Origin: an uncultured Candidatus Saccharibacteria bacterium | GTDB lineage: Bacteria > Patescibacteriota > Minisyncoccia > Phycocordibacterales > PALSA-1337 | NCBI GenBank assembly: GCA_964543075.1 | Contig: CAZIVT010000001.1 | Location: 7,703-71,702 of the forward strand | DNA length: 64,000 nt | Reading direction: 5' to 3' | In this document: positions 53,871 through 64,000 of the stretch, piece by piece | How the letters are laid out: every line of letters starts with the position of its first letter | How positions within the stretch are numbered: position 1 is the first letter of the stretch | The notes under the pieces: generated by a model | Told to the model about the DNA's origin: nothing | What the model saw: the letters and a program-made list of their open reading frames with translations, nothing else | Databases searched by the model: none | Translations under genes and position numbers: made by a program

Positions 53871-55058
53871 TTATGCGATGACTTTGGTGATAACACCTGC
53901 ACCGACGGTCTTGCCTCCTTCACGGACAGCGAAGCGCTGCTTGTCTTCGAGAGCGACCGGAGCGACGAGCTTGACCTTGAAGGTGACTGTGTCTCCTGGC
54001 ATGACCATCTCGACGCCCTCCTTGAGGGTCACTTCGCCAGTCACGTCAGTCGTACGGATGTAGAACTGAGGCTTGTAACCAGTGAGGAACGGGGTGTGAC
54101 GACCTCCCTCCTCCTTCTTGAGAACGTATACTTCAGCCTCGAACTCGGTATGAGGTTTGACGGAGCCCGCCTTGGCCAGAACCTGACCGCGAGATACGTC
54201 ATCCTTGGCGGTACCGCGGAGGAGCAAGCCGGCGTTGTCGCCTGCGATGCCTTCCTTGAGGGATTTATTGAACATCTCGATACCAGTGATGGTCGTCTTG
54301 GAAGTCTCCTTGAATCCGACGATCTCTACTTCTTCGCCGACGGTGATCTTTCCGCGCTCGATACGGCCAGTGACGACGGTGCCACGGCCTTCGATCGAGA
54401 AGATGTCCTCGATCGGCATGAGGAACGGCTTGTCAGTCTCACGGACCGGCTCAGGGATATAGGTGTCGAGCGCGTTCATGAGCTCGTCGATCTTGGCGAC
54501 CCACTCCGGCTTGTCATCGATAGCGCCCGTAGCTGAGCCGCGGATGACCGGGGTGTTTGCGCCGTCGTACTTGTTCTTGGTGAGAAGCTCACGCACTTCC
54601 TCCTCGACGAGGTCGATGAGGTCCTTCTCCGGAACGAGATCGCACTTGTTGAGGAATACGATGATCTTGGGAACACCGACCTGATAGGCCAGGAGGACGT
54701 GTTCGCGCGTCTGAGGCATGACGCCGTCAGTAGCAGATACGACGAGGATGGCTCCGTCCATCTGGGCGGCGCCGGTGATCATGTTCTTGATGTAGTCAGC
54801 GTGGCCAGGAGCGTCGATGTGCGCATAGTGGCGCTTGTCAGACTCGTACTCGACGTGCGAGAGCGAGATAGTGACGGTCTTGGTGGCATCGCGGACGGTA
54901 CCTCCCTTGGTAATCTCAGCATAGGCCTTCTCTTTGGCCATGCCCTTCCTGGACTGGACCGCGACGAGCGCGGCGGTCAAGGTCGACTTGCCGTGGTCGA
55001 TGTGGCCGATGGTGCCCACGTTGACGTGCGGCTTGGTACGGTTGAATTCTGCTGCCAT
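53871..55058 (-). CDS. tuf: Elongation factor Tu.
   Basis: [31 protein letters not shown]...[26 protein letters not shown]... Confidence 0.97.
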   Translation of the reverse strand: MAAEFNRTKPHVNVGTIGHIDHGKSTLTAALVAVQSRKGMAKEKAYAEITKGGTVRDATKTVTISLSHVEYESDKRHYAHIDAPGHADYIKNMITGAAQMDGAILVVSATDGVMPQTREHVLLAYQVGVPKIIVFLNKCDLVPEKDLIDLVEEEVRELLTKNKYDGANTPVIRGSATGAIDDKPEWVAKIDELMNALDTYIPEPVRETDKPFLMPIEDIFSIEGRGTVVTGRIERGKITVGEEVEIVGFKETSKTTITGIEMFNKSLKEGIAGDNAGLLLRGTAKDDVSRGQVLAKAGSVKPHTEFEAEVYVLKKEEGGRHTPFLTGYKPQFYIRTTDVTGEVTLKEGVEMVMPGDTVTFKVKLVAPVALEDKQRFAVREGGKTVGAGVITKVIA

Positions 55059-55271
55059 GATATTTGCTTAGTGCCCCGACCTTTTGAACCACTCGACGAG
55101 ATGCGTGATTGATCCCGACGATCAGTTCAAATGGGAGGGGATAAATTTGTTAGTAGACTTGTAAAAACGCCAAAAGGCGCATAGGCCACATCCTAGCATA
55201 GGGGGTTCTGGGATGTCAAGAAACCCCGTTACCATAGCAACGGGGGTTGGAATTTTGACATAATTTAGGAA

Positions 55272-56657
55272 CTAGTTCTCCCTGATCCGGAAGAATTTTT
55301 TGTCTCCCTCCACTTGGAATTCCAGATGCAGGATGCTCAAGGTAGTATTCGTGGTCAGCACATCGCTCCAGTCAATTAGATTGGTCGACGCCTGTATCGT
55401 ATACGAGGTCTGCGGTCTGCACAGAGCACCATACAGGACATTCCCTCCTTGTACGGCAGAGACATGGAATTTCGGCCGGAACACATCGACTACTTCGATA
55501 TATGTTCCCGTAGATGACAGGATCGCCTTCCCTACGCTCGCTCCACCGACGTATGTTGCCGTGATAGAGCTCATGGCAGTGGACATCTCGTCAGTAGTCC
55601 AGATGAAGCTCCCTTCTTCGGAATCCGATAAGACCTCGCATAGAAGCGTCAATTCCTTGGTTTGCCCCATCGGCACGGTCAAGTCGATCGGGAAACCGAC
55701 TTGTGTGTGATAATTAGTGCCTTGGGACGGCGTGAATCCGAGCGTGTTCGTCGTCAATGGCTGACTTCCATCCATAAGGATGAATTTGAGGGACAAAAAG
55801 CTCGTCGAGTAGCTCGTGAAGATCGCGTCGACTTGTGACACGTGGACATCGTTAGTCGCCGATGTAGCATCGAGCTTGATCGAAGCGCAGACCTCGCTGT
55901 CTCCTCTGGCGATCGAAAACGCGAGGTAGTTCGGGATGAGCGACATCCGCATCCCCTCCGTGAATACGTCGACAGGACTGAATGTTTGGACGATCCCGTA
56001 CTTTTCGTTGACGAGCATCATCGAGTGAGGGCCGCCGACAAGCCCGTATGAAGCAGGCGGGTACGCGGACGGCAAGGACGACGGATACGGGATGATGAGC
56101 GCCTGTGTGCCGCTCTCTGTAGCAATGCTCATATTGGTGACGAGTAGACCATAGTCCGCATAGTGGAACATCGGATTCTCGAGGATCACCAGACACGAAT
56201 CATTGGTCTGGAGCCCTTCCCACGAGACGGTGTTGGTCCTGATCTCCCCAGGAAGCCAGGTCCCTCCGCCATCCCACTGGCTCGCGAACGTGGCCGGACC
56301 AGAGATCGTGAAGAATCCGCTTTCATCGGTCACGTTGACGCTCGTGTTGGTGCCGACGAGACGGATCTTGTACTGATAATTGGTCGGGTATTTCGACGGC
56401 GTGCTCAAGACAAAGCTGTTCGTGCCCGCCGAGAGCGTTCGTGAATACAGGGGCGCGTCGCCGATGACGAGGTCATCGTTGGTGTCGTACCAGTCCAGAT
56501 AGACGGTGACATTCAAGTTGTCCGAATTTGTCCATGTGATGGAGTGTTTTCCGTTCGATGGGAGTTTTTTGCCCCCTGATGGATATGTGAGATCCAGGTC
56601 GGCTCGAGCCGATACCGCCATGCAGGCCACAATGGCCGCAAGATACATGATTTTCAT
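55272..56657 (-). CDS. Secreted hypothetical protein (461 aa).
   Basis: Signal peptide MKIMYLAAIVACMAVSARA. No recognised domain. It lies immediately upstream of tuf, where rpsL-rpsG-fusA would normally be. Confidence 0.6.
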   Translation of the reverse strand: MKIMYLAAIVACMAVSARADLDLTYPSGGKKLPSNGKHSITWTNSDNLNVTVYLDWYDTNDDLVIGDAPLYSRTLSAGTNSFVLSTPSKYPTNYQYKIRLVGTNTSVNVTDESGFFTISGPATFASQWDGGGTWLPGEIRTNTVSWEGLQTNDSCLVILENPMFHYADYGLLVTNMSIATESGTQALIIPYPSSLPSAYPPASYGLVGGPHSMMLVNEKYGIVQTFSPVDVFTEGMRMSLIPNYLAFSIARGDSEVCASIKLDATSATNDVHVSQVDAIFTSYSTSFLSLKFILMDGSQPLTTNTLGFTPSQGTNYHTQVGFPIDLTVPMGQTKELTLLCEVLSDSEEGSFIWTTDEMSTAMSSITATYVGGASVGKAILSSTGTYIEVVDVFRPKFHVSAVQGGNVLYGALCRPQTSYTIQASTNLIDWSDVLTTNTTLSILHLEFQVEGDKKFFRIREN

Positions 56658-56771
56658 TTGTCATTCTCTTTCTGTATGGAGTTTTCTGTTGTTGTGTGAA
56701 CTATCCGCGTGGAACAATATCACATGTGTATGATATTTAACAAACGCCTACGGACCTGCTATCATCTTGGC

Positions 56772-57620
56772 ATGATAAAAAAGATATCTGTTTTGGTGAC
56801 TTTAGTCATCATTCTGGGAGTAGTGAGTTATCTATTTAAGAATAGTTCCAGTCTTTCTTCTGTGACTCAAAAGTGTGGCCCTCAGCCAACCAGTATCGAA
56901 AAAATAGGAGGACTAAACACAAAAAACTGGAAAACTGTTACCAATGATAATTTTGGTTACACACTAAAAACTCCTTCTGGGTGGCTTGTAAGCTACATCC
57001 AGAACGGAACAAAAAATATCCACTTGAGCCGGCAAGGTGGTTCGATAGTCATAACTGAGATTGAAAACGGTTTTGACGCACGAGATTGTGGGCTAGTAAT
57101 TGAGCTCAATGATAGGCGTTATAACATTGAATATGACTTCGATAGAAACTTCGACGGGGGCGAACTTTGGATAGAGGAGATGGATAAGATCGTGAGCACG
57201 ATTGAACCTTCTTCGCCGACAATGAGTAGCCCAGGACTAAATTATGACACTATCTATAAAGTGGATGGCTATTATTCTACATACGACCAACTCATGTACC
57301 CGCTTGATTACGATCCTGAATATGATCCATATCCAGCAACAACTACCTGCTCCGTATTCACTGTCCTTCATGGAAATAACGAGGTTATATCCTACTTCAA
57401 GGATCAAATAGCTAGAGGTAACACCGTAAATAGGTTGGACGAGATTGGAAATCTAGTACTGAATCTTGATCTTGGAGACATTACCTCCTTAAAGCATGAG
57501 GAGCTGTTACTCGAATCCAATAAACAAGAGCAAGTATCCCTTGATATAAAAGTCAAACGACCATTGGGAAAAGGTGCGAACTATTGCCAAAGCATGATAA
57601 CTATAGTCTCCGTTCAATAA
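56772..57620 (+). CDS. Membrane-anchored hypothetical protein, paralog A. The ORF is open from 56709.
   Basis: MIKKISVLVTLVIILGVVSYLF is a TM anchor. It shares ...QKCG.QP.S.EKI..LNT..W... and VSTIEPSS blocks with the downstream pseudogene. Confidence 0.6.
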   Translation: MIKKISVLVTLVIILGVVSYLFKNSSSLSSVTQKCGPQPTSIEKIGGLNTKNWKTVTNDNFGYTLKTPSGWLVSYIQNGTKNIHLSRQGGSIVITEIENGFDARDCGLVIELNDRRYNIEYDFDRNFDGGELWIEEMDKIVSTIEPSSPTMSSPGLNYDTIYKVDGYYSTYDQLMYPLDYDPEYDPYPATTTCSVFTVLHGNNEVISYFKDQIARGNTVNRLDEIGNLVLNLDLGDITSLKHEELLLESNKQEQVSLDIKVKRPLGKGANYCQSMITIVSVQ

Positions 57621-57665
57621 GAAACAGGTTCCTCTTTCGAAGAACCTGTGTTGTTTTGTCCGACG

Positions 57666-58859
57666 TCAATCATCTTCCGTATTGGTTGATTGATAGAAGA
57701 GGGGTTTGAATTGGGGAGGATTTTCGCTTGTGTCCCATATTGTGCTCAGTTTGTAATCCTTCAGGAGACGGTTTTCCATCTTCACCAAATTTAGGTAGGG
57801 TGAATCATTCCAACCCCCAGGAGCTGTACCCCCGTTATTGGCAAAATAAAAGGTCACGTGTATGTGTGTGCCTAAGGAATTACCAGTGTCTCCCATTATT
57901 CCGATCTGTTGGCCTTGACTGACTCTCTGACCATACTGGACAAGTGGTTGATTCTTCATGTGAAGATACACCGTTTGAAAACCTGTCTCTGTCTTCCCGT
58001 CATAATCATGGTCGATTCTAACGTGCCAACCATTTGTAGTGTCATAGTTTGCACCGTATACAAATCCACCCGCCATTGCATATATAGGCGGATCAACCGC
58101 AATATATATGTTCGTATCTCCATCAAGAGCTTTCCAATATGAGCTGAAGTCAATCGAGTAATAAGTTCGACCTGTGTGAGCGGGGTCCGGTTTATTGTCG
58201 AATGCATGACCACCCGCCTCAACCGTCAACTTCCATGCCCTGTTCCCTGGCAACGGCATCTTGAAGCGAGGCAACTTCTCGTAGGACACCTCGATGTATG
58301 GCCTCATGCTGACTATCGAGTACTCGGACGAGCGGAAGTAATTCCACTTGTTATCGACATTATCAGCTCTCAACAATAACCCATAATTTGGTTCGGCGGC
58401 AGTGAGCCACGCATAGAACTCCTGCGCGATGTCGAATGAGTAGAGGCCGTTTGCCTTATCTGGCGCGGAAATCGGACCCCGATCATTGATCGTGATGCCC
58501 CACTGATCGGATGCAGAGCTCTCCGACCATGGGGTGCGGACGAACCACTTGTGCATCGATGTCGGATTCACCGTATCGAATGCGTACATATTCAACGTCG
58601 CCTTCGTGATGATGATCCGCGTAGAGCTCGGGTAGTAGAAGTGCACGGGCATCTTGATGAGCGTATAGTTCCAGCTTCCCAGGCCGCCCACGCGGAGCGT
58701 GCTGTCATTGATGGCATCACGGTTATCGAGCGAGCCGAACCACTTGTCTTCAGTAAGACCCTCGCCGGGGATGAAGTATTTTTCCTCGAACCCTTTGATG
58801 TCTTGGATTGTGAAAAGAGCCAGACAGGCAACCAACTTGCATAGGATATTCGTTTTCAT
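57666..58859 (-). CDS. Secreted M23-family metallopeptidase (LytM-like).
   Basis: A signal peptide and the C-terminal M23 signature (...WHVRIDHDYDGKTETGFQTVYLHMKNQPLVQYGQRVSQGQQIGIMGDTGNSLGTHIHVTF). Confidence 0.8.
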   Translation of the reverse strand: MKTNILCKLVACLALFTIQDIKGFEEKYFIPGEGLTEDKWFGSLDNRDAINDSTLRVGGLGSWNYTLIKMPVHFYYPSSTRIIITKATLNMYAFDTVNPTSMHKWFVRTPWSESSASDQWGITINDRGPISAPDKANGLYSFDIAQEFYAWLTAAEPNYGLLLRADNVDNKWNYFRSSEYSIVSMRPYIEVSYEKLPRFKMPLPGNRAWKLTVEAGGHAFDNKPDPAHTGRTYYSIDFSSYWKALDGDTNIYIAVDPPIYAMAGGFVYGANYDTTNGWHVRIDHDYDGKTETGFQTVYLHMKNQPLVQYGQRVSQGQQIGIMGDTGNSLGTHIHVTFYFANNGGTAPGGWNDSPYLNLVKMENRLLKDYKLSTIWDTSENPPQFKPLFYQSTNTEDD

Positions 58860-58894
58860 TCAGTAATCTTTCATGTTTTGTTTGTTGACTAACC

Positions 58895-59968
58895 TTGCAC
58901 AAAGATAACAGATGGAGCGTTTATTTTCAAACTAGTACTAGAGTAAATGATTATTCCCAGGAAAATTGGTATCATTGCACTGCATTTATGCGTAGAAAGG
59001 ACGTCATCATGTATGGAACAATGCTCATATACATATGCCTTGCGGTATATGTATTCACTTTTAGCGATGCCTCCTCATTGTCTTTGCAAAAATGCGGGAG
59101 GCAACCGAGCAGTACAGAGAAGATAGTCGATCTCAACACAAGAGGATGGCATGTTTTGGATCGAGGGGGATACGGCTACAAACTGATGGTTCCGGAAAAT
59201 TAGTATATCGACCATCAACAGAACGGAACAAAGAGCACGCGTCTGAGTAGACACCAGAGTTCGATCATTATCACCGAGATCGTCGATGGATCGTCAGATT
59301 ACGGGTGCGGGCTCATGGTCATGCTCGGCGACAGGAAATACAACATCTCATACTCATTCGACGCTGATTTTAGCAGCAATGAGTCCTGGATAGACCTCAT
59401 GGATAAAGTCGTGAGCACGATCGAACCTTCTTCCAAGAAAGAGGGTGAGGATGTATCATATCGAGTCAACTCAGAGGAAGAAGGTTGTCGAGCGGGGTAT
59501 ATGCCATACACCATCGCTTTGGTAGATGGAACTTATATTTACGGATGTCAACTTACCTCCTCGATCGTCCAAGGTCCCCGCCTCATCGGCACCGGCAATG
59601 AAGTATACACTGTTACGGGATATTATCAGGAATACGAGAAGGGATATTATCGTTTTGATGATGAAAATCTATACGCGACCACATGTCACGGCTTCGTGGC
59701 GACGGGCGGTAATCAGGACTTCATCGATGCATATAAATCAGAAATAAAAACGGTGGAGGAAATCGGTGGTAACGTTGTCATCGATATCGATCGAATGCAT
59801 GTCCCTAGCTATCCAGGTCCAAACAATGTACTTGAAATCGAACCATTATCATCAAAGATAAAAGAATCGACCATCGAAAATCAAATCAGTTTGAACTTCA
59901 AAGTGTGGCCATTCCCAGAACGTGATGCGAATCCATGTGACTCTCACGGAATCTACATAGTCGAATGA
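58895..59968 (+). pseudogene. Paralog B of 56772..57620, interrupted by a single in-frame TAG at 59204..59206.
   Basis: ORFs 58895..59203 and 59315..59968 are in the same frame and colinear with paralog A. The stop aligns with Trp of A (PSGWLVSYIQNGTK against PEN*YIDHQQNGTK), which implies TGG->TAG. Confidence 0.65.
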
Positions 59969-59971
59969 TGC

Positions 59972-62206
59972 TCACCTCCCCTTTCTCAACTCTTCGATGA
60001 TCCCTCTCACTTCTTCGGCACTGTCTGGATTGCGCTCGGCGATCGCTTGGTAGATAGCTATAGCTTTCTGAGTCTGACCGATGGCGGCATATGCCTGAGC
60101 GATCCTCGGCACATCGAATGCGGCCGGATCATCCTGGAAGAGGGCTCTGGCGTCGGATTCCTTGCTGACGAAGATGAGACCTATGGCATACGCCTCCTTG
60201 GCGCTGGTGTATGACGGCTCGGACTCATATGCCTGTTTCAGTAAAGCGACCGCTTGATCACCCTTGTCTACATTGAAGTACGCGCTGGACAAGAGGAATA
60301 TGATCGACTGCTTCCTCGGTGAGAGCTCGAGCGCTTTCTCGAGGAGAATCGTCGCCTGCTCCGTCTGCCCGACTCCGTACATAAAGGACCCTGCAAGCAC
60401 AAAGATGCGCGCATCCTCTGGAGTAGCCGCTATCTGAGCATCTATAGCCCCGATCGTCGCTACGAAGATGTCCTGCTTCACCTCAAGCGACACGGCCGGA
60501 CTAGCGATGACCGATCCCGCGCAGGAGAGCATCTGTTCGCGGATCTCTTGGTTCGCGAGATATGAATCGACGCTGAGCGCGCGCTCGAAGTATGCGGGAT
60601 CGGCATGAGCAGGATCTCCACACGAATAGAGCGCATCGATCAAGCGGGTATTTGCCTGGATGGGACGAATATTGATGAAGTAGATGGCTGAAACCAGAGC
60701 AATGAGGGCAACCGGCATGATGAGATATGCCATCGTCTCATCGCTGAACGTCCGAGATGCTGGTACAGCTCGACCATCTACATCCCGAGCATTCCCGCCC
60801 CTATCGCCGAAACCGATCGATCCGACGAATCCGAGCAGAGCGAAGAACGAGATGTAGCTAGCGAGGTTGTCGAAGACGAATATATTGTGCACAGCATACC
60901 CAGCGATCAGGCCTGTGAGCGCGCTCTTCTCGGCGATCGAGAGTGATGATCGCCTCCACAACACCGTCAGGAAGAGGACATAGAGCGCCAGATACGCCGC
61001 GAGACCGACGAATCCCGAAGCGACCAGCCAATCCAGATAGACGCTGTGCGCCCGATCGAACCACTGTTCCTGGTTGTACATTCGCGGATCATAGTTGCCA
61101 TTGAATATATAATTGAAATTTTCCTGACCCCAACCAAACAACGGCCTCTCCATCGCTCCCTTGATCGCCATGGGCCACACATACGCACGCGCCTGTGACG
61201 ACGTCTCTCGCCAGGAAATGCTGGCGATACGCTGGAAGACAGGACTACTCTGGACGAACGACGAGGTCCGATTGGTCCAGAAGACGATGCCGAGGACGAT
61301 CATCAGGCCGATAATGCCAGCGCATATGAGCCGCCATCGTCTGACATTCTGCACATCGACGGCGATCTCCGCGGCGACTTTGGGCCCTTGCTTCGCCTTC
61401 GCGCCCTCCGGAGATCGGGCCGCTCTCGGTCGCGCGAATATCGCATAGAGCGCGAGTGCTAGGAGAACCCCGCCGATGACTCCGAGGATGGTGCCACGGG
61501 TCTGCGTCTGAAAGACGAGGAAGCCGAATACTGCAGTCAGAGCGAGGTATACCCAGGCGATCCCGCCGGAACCCGTCTTGGCCAACCTGCGTTCACGAGC
61601 CACCAGGAACATATATGCCGCGATACCCGCGTGCATCAGCATGTAGACGGCGAAATACGCCGCGTTGCCGAGCGACGCATCGAGGCGCGTGCTTCCCTGA
61701 TGGATGTCTGTCCAACCAAAGAGCTGGGCAAACCCATAGATCGCGGTGATCGACGCGACCCCGAGAGAAACGCCGAACCAACGATGCCAGAGGCGACGGC
61801 CGTCATCGCCCGAGCCGAACATATGCACAGACGCCATGAAGAATGCCCAGAGGTGGACGATAACAATCCAGCCCTCCATGCGCTCAAAGTTGGACCAGAT
61901 ACTGCGGAGGGGATTGACTCCGATGAGGTCAGCTACTAGGGCCACACCGGCGAAGACAGTCACACCGATAGCGAGCGGCGACCAACGCGGACGATATCTC
62001 GCGTCCCAGAACGCCAGGATGGCCCATCCCGCGAACGCTATCTCCACCAGGATACGGAAATAGAAGGCCTTGCCGGTGATGAAGGGAAAAAATAGCGTAT
62101 CCGGAAAGTTGAGCGGCCACACCGGCGTCGGGAACAGAGCGAAGAGCGGGATGAGGAAGAGGGCGGAGAGAGATATCGAGCGGATGGTTTTTTGTAGGGG
62201 GGTCAT
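59972..62206 (-). CDS. O-antigen ligase / polymerase-like (Wzy_C) polytopic membrane protein with C-terminal TPR repeats.
   Basis: About 10-12 TM helices with a large periplasmic loop. C-terminal TPR-like repeats (...AYAAIGQTQKAIAIYQAIAERNPDSAEE...). Confidence 0.75.
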   Translation of the reverse strand: MTPLQKTIRSISLSALFLIPLFALFPTPVWPLNFPDTLFFPFITGKAFYFRILVEIAFAGWAILAFWDARYRPRWSPLAIGVTVFAGVALVADLIGVNPLRSIWSNFERMEGWIVIVHLWAFFMASVHMFGSGDDGRRLWHRWFGVSLGVASITAIYGFAQLFGWTDIHQGSTRLDASLGNAAYFAVYMLMHAGIAAYMFLVARERRLAKTGSGGIAWVYLALTAVFGFLVFQTQTRGTILGVIGGVLLALALYAIFARPRAARSPEGAKAKQGPKVAAEIAVDVQNVRRWRLICAGIIGLMIVLGIVFWTNRTSSFVQSSPVFQRIASISWRETSSQARAYVWPMAIKGAMERPLFGWGQENFNYIFNGNYDPRMYNQEQWFDRAHSVYLDWLVASGFVGLAAYLALYVLFLTVLWRRSSLSIAEKSALTGLIAGYAVHNIFVFDNLASYISFFALLGFVGSIGFGDRGGNARDVDGRAVPASRTFSDETMAYLIMPVALIALVSAIYFINIRPIQANTRLIDALYSCGDPAHADPAYFERALSVDSYLANQEIREQMLSCAGSVIASPAVSLEVKQDIFVATIGAIDAQIAATPEDARIFVLAGSFMYGVGQTEQATILLEKALELSPRKQSIIFLLSSAYFNVDKGDQAVALLKQAYESEPSYTSAKEAYAIGLIFVSKESDARALFQDDPAAFDVPRIAQAYAAIGQTQKAIAIYQAIAERNPDSAEEVRGIIEELRKGR

Positions 62207-62320
62207 AGGTGTACCAGTATATCATACTGATACCGAGGTGTGACCTCGAGGTCACACCTCGGCCGTGAACCTACTTGACACTTTTTGACACTTTGCTAAA
62301 ATCAGTCATGACAAACTCTT

Positions 62321-62569
62321 ATGGTAGATGAGATCAAACCCCACGGCGTATATACCACAGAGGAGACTCGTGGCCTTTTGCGCGTGAGCGAAAGCACCAT
62401 CAAACGCCTCCTCAAAAAGGGTCTTCTGCGTGCCAACAAAGTCGGCGGACAATACCGTATCCTCGGCAAAGAGATCCTGCGTGTGCTCTCTCCCGAGCTC
62501 GAGAAGGACGCGGTCGAGTCCTATCTCAAGATCAAGAAGAAGGTCGTGAACAAGATCAATAAGTGGTAA
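62321..62569 (+). CDS. Excisionase-family HTH DNA-binding protein (82 aa).
   Basis: YTTEETRGLLRVSESTIKRLLKKGLLRANKVGGQYRILGKEIL. The stop overlaps the permease ORF. Confidence 0.7.
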   Translation: MVDEIKPHGVYTTEETRGLLRVSESTIKRLLKKGLLRANKVGGQYRILGKEILRVLSPELEKDAVESYLKIKKKVVNKINKW

Positions 62570-62580
62570 AATCAACGCTC

Positions 62581-63405
62581 ATGAGCTCCCCTATCACCGT
62601 CATACGACCCAAGAAGCTATTCAGATTCTCCGATCTCAAGGAGCTCTGGAATTATCGCGAACTCCTCTACTTCTTCAGCTGGAGAGACATCAAGGTCCGC
62701 TACAAACAGACGTTCATCGGCATGGGGTGGGCTATATTCCAGCCGCTCATCACCATGGTGGTCTTCACCGTATTCTTCGGTAGACTGGCGGGGATACCCT
62801 CCGACGGCGTGCCGTATCCGATATTCGTCTATACCGGCCTCCTCTTCTGGCAATTCTTCTCCGGTGCGCTCTCCGAGACCGCGAGCGTGCTCATCGCCAA
62901 CCAATCGATCATCACCAAAGTCTATTTCCCCCGCTTGATACTCCCTATCTCCTCGGTCACCACCAAGCTCGTCGACTTCGCCATCGCCGCGATCATCCTC
63001 GGCGGGCTGATGATCTATTACGGGTATATTCCAGGCCTTGCAAGCATCCTAGTCATACCGATCCTCCTCGTCATCAGCTTCATGGCATCAGTGGGCGGAG
63101 GGCTTGTCCTCGCTTCGCTCAACGTCAAGTACCGCGATGTCCGTTATGCGCTCCCCTTCTTCATCCAGATGCTCCTCTTCGTCACACCAGTCATCTATCC
63201 CGCGTCGATCGCCGGTTCTTATTCCAAAATACTAGCGCTCAATCCTATGATGGGCGTCATCCAGAACGCTCGTGCGGCATTGCTCGGAACCGCGCCGATC
63301 AATTGGCTGCTCATAGGAATCTCATTCATCGCCTGTCTAATCCTGTTAGTTGTCGGCATTTACATGTTCAAGAAGGTCGAGAGGTATTTCGCTGACCTAA
63401 TCTAA
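62581..63405 (+). CDS. ABC-2 type polysaccharide/teichoic-acid export permease (Wzm/TagG-like).
   Basis: ...LWNYRELLYFFSWRDIKVRYKQTFIGMGWAIFQPLITMVVFTVFFG... with 6 TM segments. Confidence 0.85.
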   Translation: MSSPITVIRPKKLFRFSDLKELWNYRELLYFFSWRDIKVRYKQTFIGMGWAIFQPLITMVVFTVFFGRLAGIPSDGVPYPIFVYTGLLFWQFFSGALSETASVLIANQSIITKVYFPRLILPISSVTTKLVDFAIAAIILGGLMIYYGYIPGLASILVIPILLVISFMASVGGGLVLASLNVKYRDVRYALPFFIQMLLFVTPVIYPASIAGSYSKILALNPMMGVIQNARAALLGTAPINWLLIGISFIACLILLVVGIYMFKKVERYFADLI

Positions 63406-63537
63406 AATTTAAAAGTTACAATGCAAAAATCAAAATTACAATTTAAAAGGCAAAACGTGACTCACGGATTTTATGCTCTGGAATTCTTGATTTTGAATTG
63501 CAATTTTGCATTTTGATTTTTGAATTTTACATTATTT
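63406..63537. repeat. Structured A/T-rich inverted-repeat spacer between the ABC permease and ATPase genes.
   Basis: caaaattacaattt ... aaattgcaattttgcattttgatttttgaatttt are inverted and direct repeats of a caattt/aaattg unit. Confidence 0.6.
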
Positions 63538-64000
63538 ATGAAACCCATCATCGAGATAAAGGGAATATCTAAGAAATACAATATCCTCCACCACCGGGGA
63601 CGCTATATCGCCTTGCGCGACATCCTGACCAACATACTCGCGCATCCGATAGATTTCTTCGCGCACAAGATAAAGCAGATCATAGGCAAAGATACCCGCG
63701 AAGAGTTCTGGGCGCTCAAGGGCATCGATGTATCCATCGAAAAAGGCGAGGCTATCGGCCTCATTGGCCCCAATGGCGCCGGCAAGTCGACACTACTCAA
63801 GGTGCTGACCGGCATCACGCCCCCGACCGAGGGCGAGATCATCTTGCGCGGACGAGTCGCTTCGCTCCTCGAGGTAGGAACGGGATTCCACCCGGAGCTC
63901 TCGGGTCGAGACAATATCTTCCTCAATGGAGCCATCCTCGGCATGACCAAGAAGGAGATCCTCGCCAAATTCGACGAGATCGTCGCCTTCGCCGGCATCG
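63538..64000 (+). CDS. ABC transporter ATP-binding protein (Wzt/TagH-like), partial at the window end.
   Basis: Hand-translated MKPIIEIKGISKKYNIL...GIDVSIEKGEAIGLIGPNGAGKSTLLKVLTGI...LSGRDNIFLNGAILGM... contains the Walker A motif. It is absent from the ORF track because it has no stop in the window. Confidence 0.8.
   Translation, partial: MKPIIEIKGISKKYNILHHRGRYIALRDILTNILAHPIDFFAHKIKQIIGKDTREEFWALKGIDVSIEKGEAIGLIGPNGAGKSTLLKVLTGITPPTEGEIILRGRVASLLEVGTGFHPELSGRDNIFLNGAILGMTKKEILAKFDEIVAFAGI

Noticed and set aside
59204-59206. The in-frame TAG in paralog B as a recoded codon, or evidence of an alternative genetic code.
   Set aside because: TAG and TGA are used as ordinary stops by well-conserved genes in the window, for example the RT, integrase and secA. 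A point nonsense mutation or sequencing error is far more parsimonious.
63603-63998. 131-aa minus-strand ORF at the window end.
   Set aside because: It is antisense to the plus-strand ABC ATPase gene, which carries Walker A (GPNGAGKST) and starts at 63538.

Overview
This 64 kb bacterial window has small, compact genes, two giant surface-protein genes, a type IV pilin, and ribosomal proteins with basic N-terminal extensions. It uses the standard genetic code with TGA as a stop. This mix resembles Candidate Phyla Radiation (CPR) / Patescibacteria genomes, but that assignment is inference only. Most of the window is housekeeping, mainly on the minus strand. It includes groES-groEL, secG, an oligopeptide-type ABC substrate-binding protein, RNase J, L25, fba, a PfkB-family kinase, tgt, a LOG-family protein, an RRM protein, gatB, obg, an AI-2E-family transporter, a NUDIX hydrolase, secA, murB and a histidine kinase. 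It also includes an S10-operon segment running tuf-rpsJ-rplC-rplD-rplW-rplB. The most interesting region is the left 5.6 kb. It holds a complete-looking diversity-generating retroelement (DGR) with three parts. The first is a minus-strand target gene (<1..1791) whose 3' end carries a variable repeat (VR). The second is a plus-strand template repeat (TR, 2073..>=2170) that differs from the VR only at TR adenines, at 11 sites, with no other mismatches. The third is a DGR-type reverse transcriptase (RT) with LGNLTSQ and YADD motifs. An Avd-like four-helix-bundle (IVS-family) gene sits between the TR and the RT on the opposite strand. Its 5' end overlaps a (GA)11 microsatellite. Next to the DGR are a large serine recombinase and a tRNA-Ser(GGA), so the DGR is probably cargo of an integrated phage-like element whose other end lies left of the window. 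Two adjacent giant genes on the minus strand encode secreted or surface proteins of 1610 and 3632 aa. Both share a conserved upstream motif. The 3632-aa protein has an excisionase-type helix-turn-helix (HTH) at the N-terminus, then one transmembrane (TM) helix, tail-fibre-like repeats, LVIVD-like repeats, a pectate-lyase-like region and a phage-type S74 intramolecular-chaperone autoprotease domain. It also carries long exact internal duplications. Several families of intergenic palindromic and hairpin repeats occur, some of them inside conserved operons. An accessory cluster upstream of tuf contains an M23 peptidase and a paralog pair, one member of which is freshly pseudogenised by TGG->TAG. 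No CRISPR arrays or rRNA genes were found.
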